Virus record (IMG/VR): IMGVR_UViG_3300007514_000008
Location: 1-60,258 of that record
Source: a virus
Taxonomy: Duplodnaviria > Caudoviricetes
DNA length: 60,258 bases
Direction: 5' to 3' (one strand)
This document shows, one piece after another, positions 47,099 through 57,196 of the stretch (within the stretch, counting starts at the first letter, position 1; each line of letters opens with the position of its first letter). The position numbers were made by a program, and so were the translations under genes. Under the pieces are notes generated by a model. It was not told the DNA's origin, searched no databases, and saw only the letters and a list, made by a program, of their open reading frames with translations.

Positions 47099-50000
47099 AT
47101 GAAACTTTGGGAAAAAGTAAATAATTTTACTGGTCATAATACTAAGGCTAGATATTTAGTAGAGCATATTAATGCAGGTGCTAAGTTTATTCTTAGTGCG
47201 TTACCTGAAAAGTTCCTATGGACTGTTGCTGATGAAGTAGAGATAGACGGTTTTGATTCAACGGGTGCATCTCTTATAGGTAATGGTTCTCCTGTGGCTT
47301 ATGATAAAATATTAGCAGTTTATCGTTATGACAATGGTAAGAAAAGAGTGTGTGCTGAAGCACCAGATAAGAGTATACATATCTTTGATGAAGGCAATAG
47401 TCTTCTTAGGGCTACCGAGATGTTTCCAAAGTTCTATAAATTATCTGGAAAGATTTATATTAAACCCGACCCTGACTATAATGCTCATGTTGGAAGTGGT
47501 AATGCTTTTCAACACGCTTATACTGACCTTGATGGAAATACCATTACTGTAGACTCAGAAGAGGGTGATAAAGGAGTGGTTGTTTATTCAGCACCTCCAG
47601 TAGTAGATGCCAATACAGATACTTGGATATTGGTTGAATATGAGAATATTGCATTGTTATACGCAGCATCTTTAGATGCATTGAGACTCGTTCAGTCTTA
47701 TAGGAGTAAATGTGAAGATGAAATAAAGGAAATTACCACTGCGAGTACAGGGCTTTTATCTCTTTTTAGAACTAATTTTGAAGCAATAGATTTGACTAAA
47801 GATACAAGTGGGGCTACAATTACTATTCCCACTCCTAACTTTACTTTCTCAACATCTCAATCTTTACCAAGTTTTAGTTTTTCTGAGACTCTCCCAACAT
47901 TCTCATTTAGTGAGTCTGTTCCAAGTGCTATTAATTTAAGTTTAAGTCTTCCTTCGTTAGATATTACTAGCCTCTCAGAACCAACAGGATTATCTATTAC
48001 ATCACCATTACCAACGGCTATTAATGTAGCTACATCATTACCAAGTTTAACTGGTATGCCTAGTTCATTACCAAATGCGTTTACATTAACTGAGACATTT
48101 CCTACTTTTGCTTTTGCTAGGGCTATTCCAGATGGTATTAATGTAACTAAATCATTACCTTCTGACTTTGAATTAACTAGACCATTTCCAGTTCCAATTC
48201 AAATAACATCTGATTTTCCTACGGATTTTTCAATTTCTCAAGAGTTTCCTGAGTTTACTTTTACTGGTGTCCCTCCTAGTTCTTTACAGTCAACTAAGCA
48301 ACTACCAGATAGTATGACGAATGAGATGACGACTCCATTACCTTCTTGGGCATTATCAACTACTATCCCTAGTGAAGTTAATGTAGAGGCTAATTTACCC
48401 AGTGCTTTCAGTATAACTAGCTTATTCCCAACGGATTTAGCTATAGGAAGTAGTCTTCCAAGTGCTTTTGATGTTGGCGAACTTACATTACCATCTGGAT
48501 TAACTGTAACAACCCCTAAGCCTGAATGGAATCCTTCTTTCTTAGATTTAGATTCATCGGCAATCACAACTAAGATAAATAATGCAAATGATTTATTATT
48601 AGGAGGGCTTGATAGCACTGATTCAACATCTGTGACATCGACTTCTGCAATCTCTTGGTTAGATGAAGAAGACCCTGACATGGTTAATTCAACCTTACAA
48701 ACTGTTAACTCAGCTATCGGTCTAGCAAGTGGAGAGATTCAAAAACAAGCACATTTTATAGATAAGTATAGAGGGGAAGTGCAAAGTGAGGTTTCAAGAT
48801 TTAGTAATTTAGTACAAATGTTTAACACAGAACATCAAACTGAGGCTACAAGAGTAACAACCGATGCTAATCTATATAAGACTGCAGTTGAGACTGAAAG
48901 GTCTAGAATCAATGCTGAAATAGAGAAGTATAATGGTGAGTTATCTAAAGAAGCCAAGAGAATTGATAGTCAATTACAGAGATACTCTATAGAATCACAA
49001 TCAGAAAAGACTAGAATTGATGCAGAATCTACCAAATATCAATTAGAGCTTGAGAAAGAGAAGACAAGAATTAACTCAGGATTAAAAGTATTGGAAACCG
49101 ATGTTTCTAAAGAGTCTACAAGATTACAAACTGAATTAGGCAAGTATCAAGCTGAAGTAGGGTTCTTAACTGCTAAGAGTGAGCAAGATATTAAAATATT
49201 CTTAGGAGAGATTGATGGAGAAAAAACGAGAATAGAAGCTGAAGTCACTAAATATGGTAAAGATTTAGATGCTGCAGTTGCAGTTCACAAGCAAGAAGCT
49301 GAACAATATGCCTTAGATTTACAGAAAGAGACTAGTAGAATTGAGAATGGTATTAAGAAGTATCAAATTGAGATGGAGAGTGAAGTTTCTAGATATAAGG
49401 CTGAATTAGATGCTTATAGTGCAGAAGTGGCTAAGGAATCAGCTAAGAGTAATGTAGATGTTCAAGCATACTCAGCAGAACTTCAAAAAGAAAGTACTCG
49501 TATTGATTCTGATTTAAAGATTTGGACTAATGATTTTCAAAAAGCAGTTCAGGAGTTTCAGGCTAAATTACAGGCATTTACCACAGAGGTAGAGAAAGAA
49601 AGTGCTAGGTTTAATGCAGATTTAGCAAGATACAATGCTGAAACAAATAAAGCTCTTCAGGAGTTTGGAAGTGATGTGCAGAAATATCAAGCAGAGTTAG
49701 GGAAAGAAGCTAATCGACATCAAGCTGAATCATCTAATTATCAACTTGAACTCGGCAAGGAATCGGCTAGATTACAAAGTGCTATCTCTTCATACCAAGC
49801 CGAATTAGGTAAGTTAGCTCAAAAATTCACAACAGATATAAATGCATATTCAACAGAATTGGGTAAAGAAGTACAAAGAGTAAATACTGAACTTGGTAAA
49901 TACCAAGCAGGATTAGGTAAGGAACAGCAAAGGGTACAAACTGAATTATCTAAGTACCAAGCTGAGTTAGGAAGAGAAACTCAAAGATTTAATGGAGAAA

Positions 50001-50335
50001 TTGGGAGATATAACGCAGAATTAGGGTTGAAAGTTCAAGATTTGCAAAAACAAGTAAATCAATATACTAGTGAGATGACTAAATACACTACATTAATACA
50101 AGCCAAAACATCTAAATGGAGTTCAGATTCTCAGAAAGCTAAAGGATATTTAGAAGAAGCTGGTATGAGATTACAAACTGCAGGCACTTATATGCAGAAG
50201 AGTCAAAGTTTCTTTGCAAATTCTAGGGATTTTTACCAAAGAGCATTACAAGAACTATCAGCAATTAGTGGTGCCGTTACTGCTCCTCCTCAAAAACAAG
50301 CCACTCAAAGACAAGAGCAAGGAGCGACATCATAA
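47099..50335 (+). CDS. Structural (head-tail connector-like) protein with two internal repeat tracts
   Basis: About 11-aa Pro/Ser/Thr repeats (e.g. LPSFSFSETLP) and about 18-aa helical repeats (ELGKYQAELGKEQQRVQT); follows the capsid gene. Confidence 0.6.
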   Translation: MKLWEKVNNFTGHNTKARYLVEHINAGAKFILSALPEKFLWTVADEVEIDGFDSTGASLIGNGSPVAYDKILAVYRYDNGKKRVCAEAPDKSIHIFDEGNSLLRATEMFPKFYKLSGKIYIKPDPDYNAHVGSGNAFQHAYTDLDGNTITVDSEEGDKGVVVYSAPPVVDANTDTWILVEYENIALLYAASLDALRLVQSYRSKCEDEIKEITTASTGLLSLFRTNFEAIDLTKDTSGATITIPTPNFTFSTSQSLPSFSFSETLPTFSFSESVPSAINLSLSLPSLDITSLSEPTGLSITSPLPTAINVATSLPSLTGMPSSLPNAFTLTETFPTFAFARAIPDGINVTKSLPSDFELTRPFPVPIQITSDFPTDFSISQEFPEFTFTGVPPSSLQSTKQLPDSMTNEMTTPLPSWALSTTIPSEVNVEANLPSAFSITSLFPTDLAIGSSLPSAFDVGELTLPSGLTVTTPKPEWNPSFLDLDSSAITTKINNANDLLLGGLDSTDSTSVTSTSAISWLDEEDPDMVNSTLQTVNSAIGLASGEIQKQAHFIDKYRGEVQSEVSRFSNLVQMFNTEHQTEATRVTTDANLYKTAVETERSRINAEIEKYNGELSKEAKRIDSQLQRYSIESQSEKTRIDAESTKYQLELEKEKTRINSGLKVLETDVSKESTRLQTELGKYQAEVGFLTAKSEQDIKIFLGEIDGEKTRIEAEVTKYGKDLDAAVAVHKQEAEQYALDLQKETSRIENGIKKYQIEMESEVSRYKAELDAYSAEVAKESAKSNVDVQAYSAELQKESTRIDSDLKIWTNDFQKAVQEFQAKLQAFTTEVEKESARFNADLARYNAETNKALQEFGSDVQKYQAELGKEANRHQAESSNYQLELGKESARLQSAISSYQAELGKLAQKFTTDINAYSTELGKEVQRVNTELGKYQAGLGKEQQRVQTELSKYQAELGRETQRFNGEIGRYNAELGLKVQDLQKQVNQYTSEMTKYTTLIQAKTSKWSSDSQKAKGYLEEAGMRLQTAGTYMQKSQSFFANSRDFYQRALQELSAISGAVTAPPQKQATQRQEQGATS

Positions 50336-50616
50336 TGACCGTATTAGAAATGATGGAACGAGCAAACACCAGAGAAACTAATCTGGCTATTGCATTTATT
50401 AAAGATGCTATTGTAAAGATACAAAGCACTCATGAGGTTACTCTAGAGAATGAAAAGCAAAATGTCGTCAAAGACCAAAGGGATTATATATTACCAACTA
50501 AGTTAATTGCACTTGAAGGTGTTTCTATACTAGATACTGAGGATGGTAATAAATATAAAAGGATTAGAAGATTGACACATGACCCTCTAGTAGCAGAAGA
50601 TAAGGATTTAGGTTAA
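50335..50616 (+). CDS. Putative connector/adaptor protein
   Basis: MTVLEMMERA...VVKDQRDYILP pattern; TAATG coupling. Confidence 0.5.
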   Translation: MTVLEMMERANTRETNLAIAFIKDAIVKIQSTHEVTLENEKQNVVKDQRDYILPTKLIALEGVSILDTEDGNKYKRIRRLTHDPLVAEDKDLG

Positions 50617-51077
50617 TGAGCTACGATACTAATAAGCACTATTTTTACAAAAGGCATGGTAAGGTTCTAAGATTATACAGATTAAGAAAGAATTCATCTA
50701 GAGTTGTCGATAATGAAGGAAGAGTAGAGCCTTCTAATTCTGATGAATTGAAATACCCCGATGAGAATATTACATTAGGGTTAAGACTTGAATTTACAAC
50801 TTTAAAGAAACCATTTGTTGAATCGGACCCAGATGTGACAGCTGATGCTTCAAATAATGAAGTTACTAGCCCAAAAGAGGGTTCACATATTAATTTGAAC
50901 AGAGTTCTTTCTTTAGCAGTTGTAGAATACCTAAAGGCACAGTTCGCAGAACGTAATGGCGATGTGCAGGGAAAAGAGTATTTTATGAGAGAATTTCATA
51001 ATAAATTAGCAGATAACGAGAGCAACAGGAATGACATTTTCGTAGCAATTCCAGTATCTCCATATGCAATTAGATAG
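50616..51077 (+). CDS. Putative connector/adaptor protein
   Basis: LAVVEYLKAQFAE...YFMREF helical end; TAATG coupling. Confidence 0.5.
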   Translation: MSYDTNKHYFYKRHGKVLRLYRLRKNSSRVVDNEGRVEPSNSDELKYPDENITLGLRLEFTTLKKPFVESDPDVTADASNNEVTSPKEGSHINLNRVLSLAVVEYLKAQFAERNGDVQGKEYFMREFHNKLADNESNRNDIFVAIPVSPYAIR

Positions 51078-51086
51078 GAGTAATCT

Positions 51087-51590
51087 ATGGCAAATATAAA
51101 AGCAAGGGTTGACGTTAGTATAAGTCCTTATTTGACAATACCAACAGCCGCGAATCAACCTGAAATAACAAGTGGGCTAACATCAGCCACATTTCCTTCA
51201 GGATATATCGGTGGAGGTAGTTATTTAGCTACCATTGATGCATCTGATAATAATATCTCTGTTACAGATGTAAGCGCAGTATTAGTTTCTAATTCTGCCA
51301 CTAGAGTGCAAATTAGTGCATTAGGTAAGCAGGGTACTTTAATATTAAAGAATAGTGGTTTTGAAGAAGCCGCGAAAACAAATGCAGCAAATGCAGGTTC
51401 AGATGTTCTAGTATATGTGACAGATGCTGAAACCACAATCATAACAAAGTTAACGGTTGAGAATAAAGATGTTTTCGTTATTCCATATACTGGTCTGAAT
51501 ATTTCGTCTTATTATTTTAGGAATGTCAATTCAACTGCTTCTAAACCTGTGTATGTTGAAGGCTTTTTTATGCACGATACTAATACTTAA
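51087..51590 (+). CDS. Virion structural protein
   Basis: Beta-rich composition; SD AGGAG. Confidence 0.5.
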   Translation: MANIKARVDVSISPYLTIPTAANQPEITSGLTSATFPSGYIGGGSYLATIDASDNNISVTDVSAVLVSNSATRVQISALGKQGTLILKNSGFEEAAKTNAANAGSDVLVYVTDAETTIITKLTVENKDVFVIPYTGLNISSYYFRNVNSTASKPVYVEGFFMHDTNT

Positions 51591-51600
51591 GGAGTAAAAT

Positions 51601-51840
51601 ATGGCTAAAACAATACAAGATTATACTGTAAGTGAAAGTGTTTCACCTTACGTTAAAGTAGTTGTTTCAACTACAAGCGATATGGATGTTTGTAGAGGAG
51701 TTATGCTAAGTGGCGCGGCTTCTGGAGCGATTACATTAACAGTAGGTGGCTCAGATGTTTCAGTATATATGCTAAGGGGTCATGTTTATCCCATAGCTTG
51801 TACAAAATCTAGTTCAGCAAACGTACTACATTTATATTAG
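51601..51840 (+). CDS. Small virion protein
   Basis: CRGVML...GHVYPI; SD AAGGAG. Confidence 0.5.
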   Translation: MAKTIQDYTVSESVSPYVKVVVSTTSDMDVCRGVMLSGAASGAITLTVGGSDVSVYMLRGHVYPIACTKSSSANVLHLY

Positions 51841-52230
51841 ATGATAACAGCAGAAGCATACCAAGATATTCAAATCCTTCAGGATAGTGACTTTGAGAAC
51901 ATTATAACATTTGATAGTTCTCACGATATGAATGGAAAATCATATAAAGCCTACATCTCTAAGGATTATGTTCCCACATCTTTTAATGGTCCAAAACATG
52001 ATGGTAGTTCTTGGTCTACAGATACAATCACTAGATTTGCATTTACCATAGCGACTGGTGCTAATTCAGTAACCCTTACTATTCCAGCTGAAGTTACTTC
52101 TTTCTTTGAAGATGGTTGGGAAGGTGTATGGGATTTACTAGAGAAGGACTCTGATGATACTTCTTACAAAAGACAAATACAAGGAGATGTTGTTATTTCT
52201 AATTCTGTAGCTAAGGTGTCTGACTTCTAA
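51841..52230 (+). CDS. Tail/fibre adaptor-like protein
   Basis: IQILQDSDF...VTLTIPAEVTS...VWDL...QGDVVIS pattern. Confidence 0.5.
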   Translation: MITAEAYQDIQILQDSDFENIITFDSSHDMNGKSYKAYISKDYVPTSFNGPKHDGSSWSTDTITRFAFTIATGANSVTLTIPAEVTSFFEDGWEGVWDLLEKDSDDTSYKRQIQGDVVISNSVAKVSDF

Positions 52231-52568
52231 TGCCTATTACTACAAAAATTACTAGTACATCAGCTACTAAGTCATTTGGGACTCAAACTGCTTCAAAGGC
52301 TTCAGAAACTTTTAGTATAGATGCAAGTGAGATACCAATTACCTTATCGTCTCTTCCAAGCTCAAAGAATGTGCAAGATGCACTAGAAGCGTTACAGGGA
52401 GCAAAGGGAGTATCAGTACAAGCATCAGCACCATCATCACCAGTAGAAGGAGACTTATGGTTTGAAACTGGGACTGATAAATTATATGTTAGAGATGATG
52501 ACTCATGGAATCATCTAACGGACGCAACAACTCAAGTTAACAATGTAGACGGAGGGACATTCACGTAA
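52230..52568 (+). CDS. Tail fibre-associated protein
   Basis: APSSPVEGDLWFET...LYVR module; C-terminal DGGTF. Confidence 0.6.
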   Translation: MPITTKITSTSATKSFGTQTASKASETFSIDASEIPITLSSLPSSKNVQDALEALQGAKGVSVQASAPSSPVEGDLWFETGTDKLYVRDDDSWNHLTDATTQVNNVDGGTFT

Positions 52569-52579
52569 AGGAATAAATT

Positions 52580-53686
52580 ATGGCTATTCAAATTAAAAGA
52601 GCAAACAGCAACACCTCAACTAGCTTACCCGGCAGTCTTGCATCTGGCGAACTTGCTCTCGTACAAGCTGCGAAGAAGTTATTTATTGGAAGACACAATA
52701 ATTCAGATGTAGAGGTATTCCACCTATCTACATTAAATGATTTAACTGGTGGGGTAGGTATTACATCAACTATACCTGCTTCTGCTGATGATAATAGTGC
52801 TACTTTAGCAGTTGATTTAACTGACTCTAATGCATGGGGAAATACTACTAGAAAAGGTCTATTACAAGCTGACTCTGATGTATTTCAGGTCACTGCAGGT
52901 GTAATTGATATAAAAGATGATGCTATAGATGATTCACATATAGATTTTGGAACAAGTGCTGGGCAAGTTGATACCGATGTTGTCCCTGAGGGAAGTACTA
53001 ATCTTTTTCATACAACTGCAAGGGCAAGAGGTGCGGTATCAGCATCAGATGCAGGTGGAGATGGTTCATTCGCATACAATTCTAGCACAGGTGCTTTTAC
53101 ATACACTGGTCCATCAGCCGCGGAAGTCCGTGCCCATTTCTCAGGAGGAACTGGTGTTACAATCAGTAATGGTTCGGTAGCAATAGGTCAAGCAGTAGCT
53201 ACTAGTGATTCTCCTCAGTTCGCAGGATTAGATATTAATGGAAGTGCAACAGTAACTGGAAACCTGACATTTGACCACGCTTCAGCCGATTCGACAATAG
53301 CATCCACTAATGGTAAAGTTTTTGTAGAGGGAATGGAGTTTGATGGAAATAATTTAAAAATCCCCGGAAATCTAACTGTCGAGGGTGCTACTACAACTGT
53401 TGAATCCAATACTGTAGTTATTGATGACCCGACATTCTCCTTAGGTGCAGTCGATGGAGCCGCACCTTCAAGTGATGATAATAAAGATAGAGGAATAATG
53501 GCTCATTATTACTCAGGTTCTGCTAAACAAGCATTTTTTGGTCTTGATGACTCTACTGGTAGATTTGTATTTATTCCAGACGCTACAGATACTCTTGGTG
53601 TAATGAGTGGTACTTTAGGTCATGCTCAATTTGAAGAAGTAACAGCAACTACACTTAATGGCACTCTTGATGGAGGTACTTTCTAA
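52580..53686 (+). CDS. Tail fibre protein
   Basis: N-terminal IQIKR...LASGELA, fibre module GNLTVEGATTTVESNTVVIDD, C-terminal DGGTF. Confidence 0.75.
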   Translation: MAIQIKRANSNTSTSLPGSLASGELALVQAAKKLFIGRHNNSDVEVFHLSTLNDLTGGVGITSTIPASADDNSATLAVDLTDSNAWGNTTRKGLLQADSDVFQVTAGVIDIKDDAIDDSHIDFGTSAGQVDTDVVPEGSTNLFHTTARARGAVSASDAGGDGSFAYNSSTGAFTYTGPSAAEVRAHFSGGTGVTISNGSVAIGQAVATSDSPQFAGLDINGSATVTGNLTFDHASADSTIASTNGKVFVEGMEFDGNNLKIPGNLTVEGATTTVESNTVVIDDPTFSLGAVDGAAPSSDDNKDRGIMAHYYSGSAKQAFFGLDDSTGRFVFIPDATDTLGVMSGTLGHAQFEEVTATTLNGTLDGGTF

Positions 53687-54072
53687 TGCCTGGGGCGACT
53701 ATTAAACATTATCGCACCGGAGTAGCAGGAAGAGTACCAAGTGCAAGTAATGTAGAAGTTGGTACTATTGCTATAAATTACAATGATGGAAAACTTTTCT
53801 ATAAAAATTCTAGTAACGCTATAGCTGAAATTTCTGGTGGTGGAAGTGGTAATACTTTAACTAAAACTACTGATAGTAATGGATGGTTAGAATTTGCTGA
53901 TACCACTACGGCTGTTGCTGGTGTTTTATTTAAAATTAAAAATAATAATGTTACAAAATTTGAAGTTACCTATGATGGTCAGTTAACAATGGATAAGGTT
54001 AATAGTAAAGGAACAGCAAGAGAAGGTGGATTCGTTTACGATGGCGATGACTTTTGGGTAGGAGTAGAGTAA
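53686..54072 (+). CDS. Tail fibre-associated protein
   Basis: RVPSASNVEVGTIAINYNDGKLFYK head module. Confidence 0.65.
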   Translation: MPGATIKHYRTGVAGRVPSASNVEVGTIAINYNDGKLFYKNSSNAIAEISGGGSGNTLTKTTDSNGWLEFADTTTAVAGVLFKIKNNNVTKFEVTYDGQLTMDKVNSKGTAREGGFVYDGDDFWVGVE

Positions 54073-54090
54073 TGAAAAAGGAGAAAAATA

Positions 54091-54282
54091 ATGTCAAATA
54101 TCACAAAAATTGCAGAAGAGCCTCGAAAGAATATGAGTTTCACTGCAAAGGAGATAGGGTTTCTAATTAGTATGATTGAAGAAATGGCAATCTCAGGTAA
54201 AGTCCTAGAGTTGGCTTACTCTACTAAGGTTAAGCTTCAGGCAAAATTAAATAAAATAGCAAATAAGGAAATGGAGTTCTAA
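54091..54282 (+). CDS. Small helical protein preceding a fibre gene (possible chaperone)
   Basis: SD AAGGAG; FTAKEIGFLISMIEEMAISG. Confidence 0.5.
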   Translation: MSNITKIAEEPRKNMSFTAKEIGFLISMIEEMAISGKVLELAYSTKVKLQAKLNKIANKEMEF

Positions 54283-54283
54283 T

Positions 54284-55855
54284 ATGGCAACATGGAAAAA
54301 GGTCTTAACAAGTGACCACTCAGATAGTCATCCTGTACCTACCAATCGAGATACTCGAAATCAAGTTGCAGGGACTTACAACACAGTAATAGGCACCGAT
54401 ACCGATATAGATTGCGGTCCGGCAGAACACATTGACCAAATCAATGTAACTGATGGTGTTATCACATCTATGTCAAAACAAACATTAACTGCTTCAGAGC
54501 TTGGAGCTTGGGTATCTACTGGCACCACCGATGATAGTGAGTTTATGGTAACAGATGATATTAACACTAAGGAGTTCGCTACCAAAAGCGCAGCTGAAGT
54601 GAGAACTATGCTGAATGTCGCAAATGGTGCAACTGCAAACACAGGTGATATAACTGCTGTAACTGCAGGTACGGGAATGAGTGGTGGTGGCACAAGTGGA
54701 GATGTTACTCTAAATTGTACTATCACAAATAATAATCAACTTACCAATGGTGCTGGTTATACAACTAATTCAGGTGATATAACAGGAGTTACTGCTGGCA
54801 CAGGATTGTCTGGTGGTGGTTCATCCGGTGGTGTCACACTAGCCTTAGATTTCTCTGAATTAACAGATATGACAGGAGGTATTTCAGGCACAACTGAATT
54901 TATCGTACAAGATGGTACAACTGAAAGTAGGAAAGCCGCATCTGAAATAGCATTATCTAATTTTAGTAATGATTCAGGTTGGACATCAAATTCAGGAGAT
55001 ATTACTGGGGTGACCGCAGGAACAGGTTTATCTGGGGGTGGTAGTTCTGGTAGTGTAACTTTAAATGTTTCTGGTGTAACAGTTTCAGAACTTGCAGGTT
55101 CAGCTATACAACTTAGTTCTGAATCATTTGCAGATAACGATACAAGTTTAATGACTTCTGCGGCAATACAAGATAAGATAACAAGTTATGGATACACATC
55201 CAACTCTGGAGATATAACTGGAGTTACCGCAGGCACTGGGCTGACTGGTGGAGGTAGTAGTGGGGGAGTAACTCTCGCTGTTAATACAGGTGCAGTAGCA
55301 AACAACGCAGTAACTATTCCAACTGGTGACCATGTTTATGATTGGGTAACGGCTCAGGGCTATACATCCAATTCTGGAGACATTACGGGAGTAACAGCAG
55401 GTACTGGATTAAATGGTGGCGGTTCAAGTGGTGGAGTTACATTGAATGTAGATGCAACTCAGAACGGCATTACCACGATAGGTCCGGCATCTGGTGTATT
55501 AACAGTTGATGATGACCTCACGGTTCAAGGTGATTTAATTGTATCCGGGGCAACGACTACTGTTAATACTGAAACTGTTACAATCAATGATAACATTATG
55601 GTATTGAATAACAATGCTTCAGGTACTCCATCAGAAGATGCTGGTATTGAGATAGAAAGAGGTAGTTCAACTAATGTTAAGATGTATTGGAATGAAGCTA
55701 AAAATCAATGGTTTGGTGAAAATGAGACAGGTAATGGTCAAATCATGATGGCTAACCGCAAACAAGGCGCACCAACTTCAAGTGATGATGGAGCAGGAGT
55801 TGGTCAGTTTCTTTACGATACTTCCAATCAAGCTTTCTACATTAGAACGGCTTAA
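54284..55855 (+). CDS. Tail fibre protein with five GDITxVTAGTGxxGGGxSGxVTL repeats
   Basis: Repeats visible in the translation; fibre module GDLIVSGATTTVNTETVTIND. Confidence 0.8.
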   Translation: MATWKKVLTSDHSDSHPVPTNRDTRNQVAGTYNTVIGTDTDIDCGPAEHIDQINVTDGVITSMSKQTLTASELGAWVSTGTTDDSEFMVTDDINTKEFATKSAAEVRTMLNVANGATANTGDITAVTAGTGMSGGGTSGDVTLNCTITNNNQLTNGAGYTTNSGDITGVTAGTGLSGGGSSGGVTLALDFSELTDMTGGISGTTEFIVQDGTTESRKAASEIALSNFSNDSGWTSNSGDITGVTAGTGLSGGGSSGSVTLNVSGVTVSELAGSAIQLSSESFADNDTSLMTSAAIQDKITSYGYTSNSGDITGVTAGTGLTGGGSSGGVTLAVNTGAVANNAVTIPTGDHVYDWVTAQGYTSNSGDITGVTAGTGLNGGGSSGGVTLNVDATQNGITTIGPASGVLTVDDDLTVQGDLIVSGATTTVNTETVTINDNIMVLNNNASGTPSEDAGIEIERGSSTNVKMYWNEAKNQWFGENETGNGQIMMANRKQGAPTSSDDGAGVGQFLYDTSNQAFYIRTA

Positions 55856-55875
55856 TAAAATGAAAAGGAGGAAAC

Positions 55876-56040
55876 ATGAAGGCTATAGAATCAAGTGAAT
55901 GGCAATATATATTAAAGGCTTTATTATCTCTACAGATAAACGCTGCAGATGCAAAAGCTTTTGTAGTATTAATTGAGAAAATTGAGCATCAAGGTGAGTT
56001 GTCAATTAAAAGAGAACAAAAAAAGATGGAGAGTACATAA
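55876..56040 (+). CDS. Small helical protein (54 aa), absent from the ORF track
   Basis: SD AAGGAGG; MKAIESSEWQYILKALLSLQINAADAKAFVVLIEKIEHQ... Confidence 0.6.
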   Translation: MKAIESSEWQYILKALLSLQINAADAKAFVVLIEKIEHQGELSIKREQKKMEST

Positions 56041-56805
56041 TTGGCGACATTTAAAAAGATAATAGCAGGGACTGAATTACAATGGGAAGATAATGCACCT
56101 GCTGCGGATTTAACTGTTGGAGATAGAACAATCACTCTCAACGAGGGTCCGGGCATTTCTTGGGACGCAGCCTCTGATGATTCTTGTACTCCAACAGTCT
56201 CAATAAGTAATCAACATTGGTCTGGAACTGATTTATCTATTGCAAATGGAGGAACAGGTGCTTCAACTGCTAGTTCTGCTAGGGGAAATTTAGGTACAAA
56301 TAACGCAGCTAATCTAACGGCAGGGACAGTCGCCACAGCTAGGCTAGGGTCTGGTACTGCAAATTCAGGAGTATTTCTAAGAGGTGATTCTACATGGGCT
56401 TCGGCTGGTGGTAGTTCGATTTATATTTCTGCTCATGTTGATTTTAGAGGGGCTTCATCTGAAAGGTGGTTGCCTTTAGTTGGTGCAGTCTCTCAAAGTG
56501 GGGATGATTATGGCAATAAGATGGCTAATGGTATATATTATGTTTGTCCTGAAGCTGGGACTTTAGATGCATTTCGTGTGCATACAGAATCATCGCTAGG
56601 TTCATCTTGTCAGGTAAAGATTTATAAGAACGATAGTTTACAACAAACAATAACTAAAAGTATGACATCTTCTGGAGCTTCTAATGACTATTCTGATACT
56701 AGTGCAAATGTAAGCTTTGCAGCAGGAGATTCTATGACTATAAGAATTAACCCGTCTACTGGAACACAGGCTTCTAGTTGGACTTTTACATACGACCTTT
56801 CATAA
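56041..56805 (+). CDS. Tail fibre protein (TTG start)
   Basis: LSIANGGTGASTASSARGNLG, GTVATARLGSGTANSGVFLRGDSTW fibre motifs. Confidence 0.75.
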   Translation: MATFKKIIAGTELQWEDNAPAADLTVGDRTITLNEGPGISWDAASDDSCTPTVSISNQHWSGTDLSIANGGTGASTASSARGNLGTNNAANLTAGTVATARLGSGTANSGVFLRGDSTWASAGGSSIYISAHVDFRGASSERWLPLVGAVSQSGDDYGNKMANGIYYVCPEAGTLDAFRVHTESSLGSSCQVKIYKNDSLQQTITKSMTSSGASNDYSDTSANVSFAAGDSMTIRINPSTGTQASSWTFTYDLS

Positions 56806-56897
56806 TGACTGAAAAGTATAAAGATTATTGGAGAGCAGTAGGTGTAGTAATATTTATTTTACTATTTGCTTTACTACTTATTCCGGGGTGTAAGTGA
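56805..56897 (+). CDS. Tiny membrane peptide (30 aa)
   Basis: MTEKYKDYWRAVGVVIFILLFALLLIPGCK; TAATG and GTGA couplings. Confidence 0.4.
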   Translation: MTEKYKDYWRAVGVVIFILLFALLLIPGCK

Positions 56898-57196
56898 GTG
56901 AAGGCGGTAAACCTAAGACAGCCCGGTCGTACCGTGGGAGTGTCGTGGATGATAACGCCATCATTAGTATTAATATTAAGTGGCTTATTCAGATGTGCGT
57001 GGTTATCGCTGGTATTGTGTATGGATACTTTACGATTGAAATGCGAATTAGAAGTCTTGAGTCAAGATTGGCAGAAGCTGATACCACAATTACAGAGCTT
57101 GTCGAAAAGCATATAATTGAGGAACAAGCAAGATATGATGAAATGGAGGAAGAATTAAAATGGCATCAAAAATTATTGAAAAAGAAGAAGAAATAA
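56894..57196 (+). CDS. Single-TM coiled-coil protein (lysis cluster)
   Basis: TM segment WLIQMCVVIAGIVYGYF followed by coiled coil. Confidence 0.6.
   Translation: MSEGGKPKTARSYRGSVVDDNAIISINIKWLIQMCVVIAGIVYGYFTIEMRIRSLESRLAEADTTITELVEKHIIEEQARYDEMEEELKWHQKLLKKKKK

Noticed and set aside
54644-55445. Diversity-generating retroelement TR/VR pair in the fibre repeats
   Set aside because: Differences are mostly synonymous rather than adenine-specific, and no reverse transcriptase is encoded.
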